Assembly: GCA_030684835.1 (NCBI GenBank)
Contig: JAUXWZ010000146.1
Coordinates: 24,425-88,424, forward strand
Direction of reading: 5' to 3'
Source: Beijerinckiaceae bacterium
GTDB taxonomy: Bacteria; Pseudomonadota; Alphaproteobacteria; Rhizobiales; Beijerinckiaceae
Length of the DNA stretch: 64,000 nt
Shown: in pieces, positions 58,377 to 64,000 of the stretch
Position numbering within the stretch: position 1 is the stretch's first letter
Layout: each line of letters begins with the position of its first letter
Position numbers and translations under genes: made by a program
Notes under the pieces: model-generated
Database searches by the model: none
Seen by the model: only the letters and a program-made list of their open reading frames with translations
What the model was told of the DNA's origin: nothing

Positions 58377-59516
58377 ATGTCTATGTTGAAGTCTTTTTCG
58401 AAAGCATCCGTCGCCACGACTTTGCTGGCCGGTGTTGTGCTTGCATCGGCAGGCGGCGCACACGCGCAATTGTTCAATCGTCCACCCGCTGTCGTGCAGG
58501 GCGGCGATACTTTTTCGTCCGGCGTGAATGATCCTGCCGCACTGATGCTGCGCATCGAGCGGCTGGAAAACCAGCTGCGCTCGCTGACGGGGCAATTGGA
58601 AGAATCGCAGTTTCATAACCGGCGCCTGGAAGAGCAGATGCGACGGCTGCAGGAGGCTGGCGCCAACCCGGCGGAGCCGGGACTTACAGCGCGCGGGGCG
58701 CCCATTCCACAGCGGCGGAGCGACGCCTTGGATCCATCACTCGACACTCCATCGGCTGGCGGTGGGCCCGTGGGGCGCGGACGCGGCGACGCATTCAATC
58801 CGCGCCAGTCGCCCAACGCGCCGGGCGCGCCGCGCGTGCTGGGCACAACGGAGAGGTATGGGGATCGGCAGGCCGGGATTTCGGGTCCGCTGGGCGATCC
58901 GGTTATCGAGGACGGTCCCTACGAGGGTGACCCGTCTGCGCCGCTCGATCTATTGAATCCGCGCCGGAGCCAGTCGCGCCCCGCGGGGTCGTCGCAAGCT
59001 TTGCCGCAGCAGGCTTTGCCGCCCGTCGCGCCGCTCTCCTCTGCGCAGGATACGCCGCGCCAGCCCGCGCGCACACAAACGGCCATGCCAATCGATCCGG
59101 CCCCCAGCGGGCCCGCAAGCACGCTGCCCCCACCGGGGCCCCGCGAGATTCTGGATACATCGAACGCCGCCCTGCGCTCGGGCGAGCTCGAACGCGCGGA
59201 GTCAGGCTACAAGGAGTTTCTCCAGCGGTATCCGACGAGCCGACTCGCCTCCGAGGCCACATTCAATCTCGGCGACGTTTACGCGCGCCGTGGGCGACAT
59301 CGCGAGGCCGCCGAACAGTTTCTGAAAGTGACGACCGATTTCGCCAAGGCGTCGCAGGCGCCCCAAAGCCTGCATCGCCTCGGTCAGTCGCTGGAGCGCC
59401 TTGGGGCCAAGGAGCAGGCGTGCGCCGCATGGTCGGAGGTGCCGCGCAAATACCCGTCCGCTCCGCAGACCATCCGTGCGGCGGCCGAGCGCGACATCAA
59501 GCGGGCTTCGTGCTGA
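58377..59516 (+). CDS. cpoB: Tol-Pal protein CpoB/YbgF
   Basis: Signal peptide, coiled coil (RIERLENQLRSLTGQLEE), Pro-rich linker and C-terminal TPRs (LGAKEQAC). Confidence 0.9.
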   Translation: MSMLKSFSKASVATTLLAGVVLASAGGAHAQLFNRPPAVVQGGDTFSSGVNDPAALMLRIERLENQLRSLTGQLEESQFHNRRLEEQMRRLQEAGANPAEPGLTARGAPIPQRRSDALDPSLDTPSAGGGPVGRGRGDAFNPRQSPNAPGAPRVLGTTERYGDRQAGISGPLGDPVIEDGPYEGDPSAPLDLLNPRRSQSRPAGSSQALPQQALPPVAPLSSAQDTPRQPARTQTAMPIDPAPSGPASTLPPPGPREILDTSNAALRSGELERAESGYKEFLQRYPTSRLASEATFNLGDVYARRGRHREAAEQFLKVTTDFAKASQAPQSLHRLGQSLERLGAKEQACAAWSEVPRKYPSAPQTIRAAAERDIKRASC

Positions 59517-60607
59517 CGAGCGATCTACAGGCTGATGGTGCGCAGGTAGCGATTGCGCGGGGACGTCTCGCGACGGGTCTCTTGGCGCCAGCACAGGCCG
59601 CGTCCGGCGTGCTTGTCGCGGTTTCGGGTGGGCCTGATTCGATGGCTCTTCTTGAGCTTGCCGCCCGTTGGCGCCTCGAAGCGGCGGCTGGCGCGGCGCG
59701 GCCGCCCTTGTTTGCCGCCACGGTGGATCACGGTCTGCGCCCAGATTCGCTGGCCGAAGCCCGGATGGCCGCTGACTTTGCCGCAGCCCGGGGCGTGCCT
59801 CACGAAATTCTCCATTGGACCGGCGACAAGCCGCAAACGCGACTGCAGGAGCGCGCCCGCGCGGCTCGCTACGCTCTGCTTGCGGCGGAGGCCCGCAGGG
59901 TTGGGGCGGACTTCATATTAACTGCGCATCATGCCGATGATCAGGCTGAGACGATCCTGATGCGTCTTGTGCGCGGCAGTGCGGTGGCCGGGCTTGCTGG
60001 CATGGCCGTGATGTCGCCCCGCGAGGGATTGACGCTGTTTCGGCCATTCCTGGGCGTGCGCAAGAGCGCTTTGGTCGCGTTCTGCGATTCTGGGGGCGTA
60101 TCGTTTGTCCGCGATCCCTCGAACGAAAACCCGCGCTTTGGCCGCACCGGCGCGCGGCGTCTGGCGTTGATGCTTGAGGCGCAAGGCCTTGGTCCCCATG
60201 AGTGGGCGCGCCTGGCCCGGCGCGCAGCCCGCGCCGAGGCGGCGTTGGCGGCGGCGACCGAGGCTGCGCTGGCGCAATTGCCTGCCGGCCCGGCGTCTAT
60301 GGCTGTGCTGGCCGGCTTCCCAGAGGAAATTGCGATGCGATGTCTCGCCGGGCACGTGCGCGAGGCGGGCGGCGCCCAGATCGTGCGGCTCGAACGACTC
60401 GAATCCACCTGGGAAAAGCTGTGCGACGCGCACCGCGCTTCGGATGCGCTCTCGCTGACGCTCGCGGGCGCACGAATAAAGCTCGATACGCGGGGTTCGC
60501 TGCACATTACAACCGAATCGCCTCGCCGGCGTGGGCGTGGCGGCGCCACGGCATCGTCGCAGTCTGTTCATGTAAACGGCGAAAATCGGGGCCAGCTTGG
60601 AGCTTGA
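59510..60607 (+). CDS. tilS: tRNA(Ile)-lysidine synthetase
   Basis: AVSGGPDS, TVDHGLR, ARAARY, TAHHADDQAET and DPSN...RT. GTG overlaps the cpoB end. Confidence 0.95.
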   Translation: MLTSDLQADGAQVAIARGRLATGLLAPAQAASGVLVAVSGGPDSMALLELAARWRLEAAAGAARPPLFAATVDHGLRPDSLAEARMAADFAAARGVPHEILHWTGDKPQTRLQERARAARYALLAAEARRVGADFILTAHHADDQAETILMRLVRGSAVAGLAGMAVMSPREGLTLFRPFLGVRKSALVAFCDSGGVSFVRDPSNENPRFGRTGARRLALMLEAQGLGPHEWARLARRAARAEAALAAATEAALAQLPAGPASMAVLAGFPEEIAMRCLAGHVREAGGAQIVRLERLESTWEKLCDAHRASDALSLTLAGARIKLDTRGSLHITTESPRRRGRGGATASSQSVHVNGENRGQLGA

Positions 60608-60631
60608 TGTGACTTCCTTTACGACGCTTCC

Positions 60632-60660
60632 CTTGGCAATTGGGTGTGTCGCGCCTAAAT
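60632..60660 (+). promoter_or_regulatory. RpoH (sigma32)-like promoter of ftsH
   Basis: CTTGGC-N16-CCTAAAT, against the alphaproteobacterial consensus CTTGAA-N16-CCTATAT. Confidence 0.55.
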
Positions 60661-60736
60661 TGATTGAGGTAATCCGCCTCGCTGCGACCGGTAATCCTCC
60701 CGGTGCAGCACGGGCAGGATGTTTGGCAGGATCCAA

Positions 60737-62662
<1,926 letters not shown>

Positions 62663-62683
62663 TCACTTGCAGACTAAGACAAG

Positions 62684-62712
62684 AAAGCCCCGTTCGCGCG
62701 GGGCTTTTTTTA
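62684..62712 (+). terminator. Intrinsic terminator after ftsH
   Basis: AAAGCCCCG-ttcgcg-CGGGGCTTT followed by a T-run. Confidence 0.88.
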
Positions 62713-62738
62713 TTGGGCCGCTTTTATGTGAGCGCTGC

Positions 62739-62759
62739 ATATGTTATAGTATAACGTAT
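62739..62759. promoter_or_regulatory. Zur box-like palindrome
   Basis: ATATGTTATA-G-TATAACGTAT is a 21-bp palindrome with one mismatch, matching the ATGTTATAnTATAACAT Zur core. Confidence 0.75.
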
Positions 62760-62821
62760 ATCGCTTGGCGCCCGGAACCGGACGTGGCGCCCGCGCCCTT
62801 CAGCTTTTCAAAGAGGGACGC

Positions 62822-63112
62822 ATGTTCCGTCTTGGCTTGTCAGCACGGCGGGCTTCACAGCCGACGCAGGTTCGAGCGCAATTGAAAGCTCAGGTTGCGC
62901 GCGTAATGGCGCTTGAGCCGGACGTGACTGTCTCGATTACCGAAATTTCCTGCGTCGCCGCCGGGTGCCCCGACTCGGAATTGGTCGTTTTGGTCCTGCG
63001 CGAGGGTGCGCCGCCGGTGGTTGGAAAGCTCCACGGCCCCATGACCGCCGTGAGCGATCAGGCGATCGCAGAGGCGTTCGCGAGCTTCCCAAACCAATCC
63101 GGAAAAACTTGA
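62822..63112 (+). CDS. Small hypothetical protein with a C-x4-CP motif
   Basis: RBS AGAGGGA before ATG 62822, and the motif VSITEISCVAAGCPDSELVV. No signal peptide. Confidence 0.75.
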   Translation: MFRLGLSARRASQPTQVRAQLKAQVARVMALEPDVTVSITEISCVAAGCPDSELVVLVLREGAPPVVGKLHGPMTAVSDQAIAEAFASFPNQSGKT

Positions 63113-63141
63113 GGGAGCGCCCCGCATCTGCGTGCAATAGG

Positions 63142-63165
63142 AAGCCTTGCAAAAGGCTTTGTTTT
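63142..63165 (+). terminator. Possible weak terminator
   Basis: AAGCCTT-gcaa-AAGGCTT followed by TGTTTT. Confidence 0.45.
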
Positions 63166-63201
63166 GCGGCTCACTCCACGGCCTAAAAGGGGAGGGTAAA
63201 C

Positions 63202-64000
63202 ATGCTGTCGAGCATTCGCCGGGCGCTGGCGTCCGTCATTATTTTGAGCGCCGCGTCAGGCGCCGCGCTTGCGCAATCGGCCACAGCTAATTTCCCGAAC
63301 AAGCCCATACGGTTGATCACTTTGACAACGGCTGGCGGCTCGCTCGACATTCTTGCGCGCATGATCGCCGACGACATTGGTCGCCAATGGGGCCAGCAGG
63401 TGATCGTCGAGAATCGCGTGGGTGCGGGCGGCAACATTGGCGCGGAGGCGACGGCGCGCTCGGCGCCGGACGGTTACACAATCGGCATGGTCACGGTGTC
63501 GACTCACGGCGTCAACCCGTCGCTCTATGGCGAGCGGATGCGGTTTGACCCTGTGAAGGATTTCGCGCCGATCATTCTATCCGCCGAATTGAAGAACGTC
63601 GTCGTTGTTCATCCGTCGGTGCCCGCCAAGACGGTGCCGGAGCTGGTCGCCTATGCGCGGGCCAACCCGGACAAGGTGTCGTTCGGCTCGGCTGGCACGG
63701 GCACGACGCAGCATCTGTCGGGCGAGATGGTCAAGATGATGACTGGCATAAAGATGCAGCATGTGCCGTATCGGGGCGCTGCAGCCGCCGTGCCGGATCT
63801 TCTGTCCGGCCAGCTGCAATTGATGTTCGTGTCGATCCCTGACGTCATCGCGCATATTCAGGCTGGCACGCTGCGGCCGATCGGCATCACGTCGAAGGAG
63901 CGGTCGAAGTCGCTGCCCAATGTCGTGCCGATGGCTGAACAGGGCTGGCCTGACTTTGATGTGCGTGGCTGGTTTGGCGTTGTCGCGCCTGCCGGGACGC
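63202..64000 (+). CDS. Bug/TctC tripartite tricarboxylate transporter substrate-binding protein (runs off the window)
   Basis: RBS GGGGAGG, signal peptide, FPNKPIRLI...GGSLDILAR, VENRVGAGGNIG, APDGYT and HVPYRGAAAA..DLLSG. Not in the ORF track because it has no stop in the window. Confidence 0.95.
   Translation, partial: MLSSIRRALASVIILSAASGAALAQSATANFPNKPIRLITLTTAGGSLDILARMIADDIGRQWGQQVIVENRVGAGGNIGAEATARSAPDGYTIGMVTVSTHGVNPSLYGERMRFDPVKDFAPIILSAELKNVVVVHPSVPAKTVPELVAYARANPDKVSFGSAGTGTTQHLSGEMVKMMTGIKMQHVPYRGAAAAVPDLLSGQLQLMFVSIPDVIAHIQAGTLRPIGITSKERSKSLPNVVPMAEQGWPDFDVRGWFGVVAPAGT

Noticed and set aside
62761-62810. GC-rich stretch after ftsH considered as a tRNA or riboswitch
   Set aside because: No cloverleaf, TTC-loop or recognisable aptamer consensus.

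Overview
GC-rich chromosomal window from a Hyphomicrobiales (Rhizobiales-type) alphaproteobacterium, mostly core genome. It carries gltB (5'-truncated by the window edge)-gltD, pepF, a TacA-like sigma54 activator, a cell-envelope block (two L,D-transpeptidases, DUF882/MepK, DUF459 SGNH, MltB, SPFH-NfeD, an outer-membrane beta-barrel, galU/galE), hemH-cutA, an ABC1 kinase, coxIV-pntAA-pntAB-pntB, prpE, purEK, rpsU, fadD, trcR, dcp, rcdA, rpmE, pal-cpoB-tilS-ftsH and a 3'-truncated Bug/TctC gene. Four accessory-looking inserts sit in this backbone: (i) a five-gene ars operon with a leaderless arsR, (ii) a signal-peptide-less SsuA/THI5-fold protein plus a MarR regulator, (iii) an operon of an Npt/TLC-like MFS transporter, a Tat aldo-keto reductase and a Tat class A beta-lactamase, and (iv) a small Cys-pair protein behind a Zur-like box. 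Non-coding signals read directly from the sequence are several CtrA boxes, a candidate sRNA and a triple-hairpin leader upstream of rcdA, sigmaEcfG-like and RpoH-like promoters, and RIME/REP-type palindromes at three convergent gene junctions. I saw no tRNA, rRNA, CRISPR array, transposase or integrase. All calls come from motif recognition by eye, and no database search was run.
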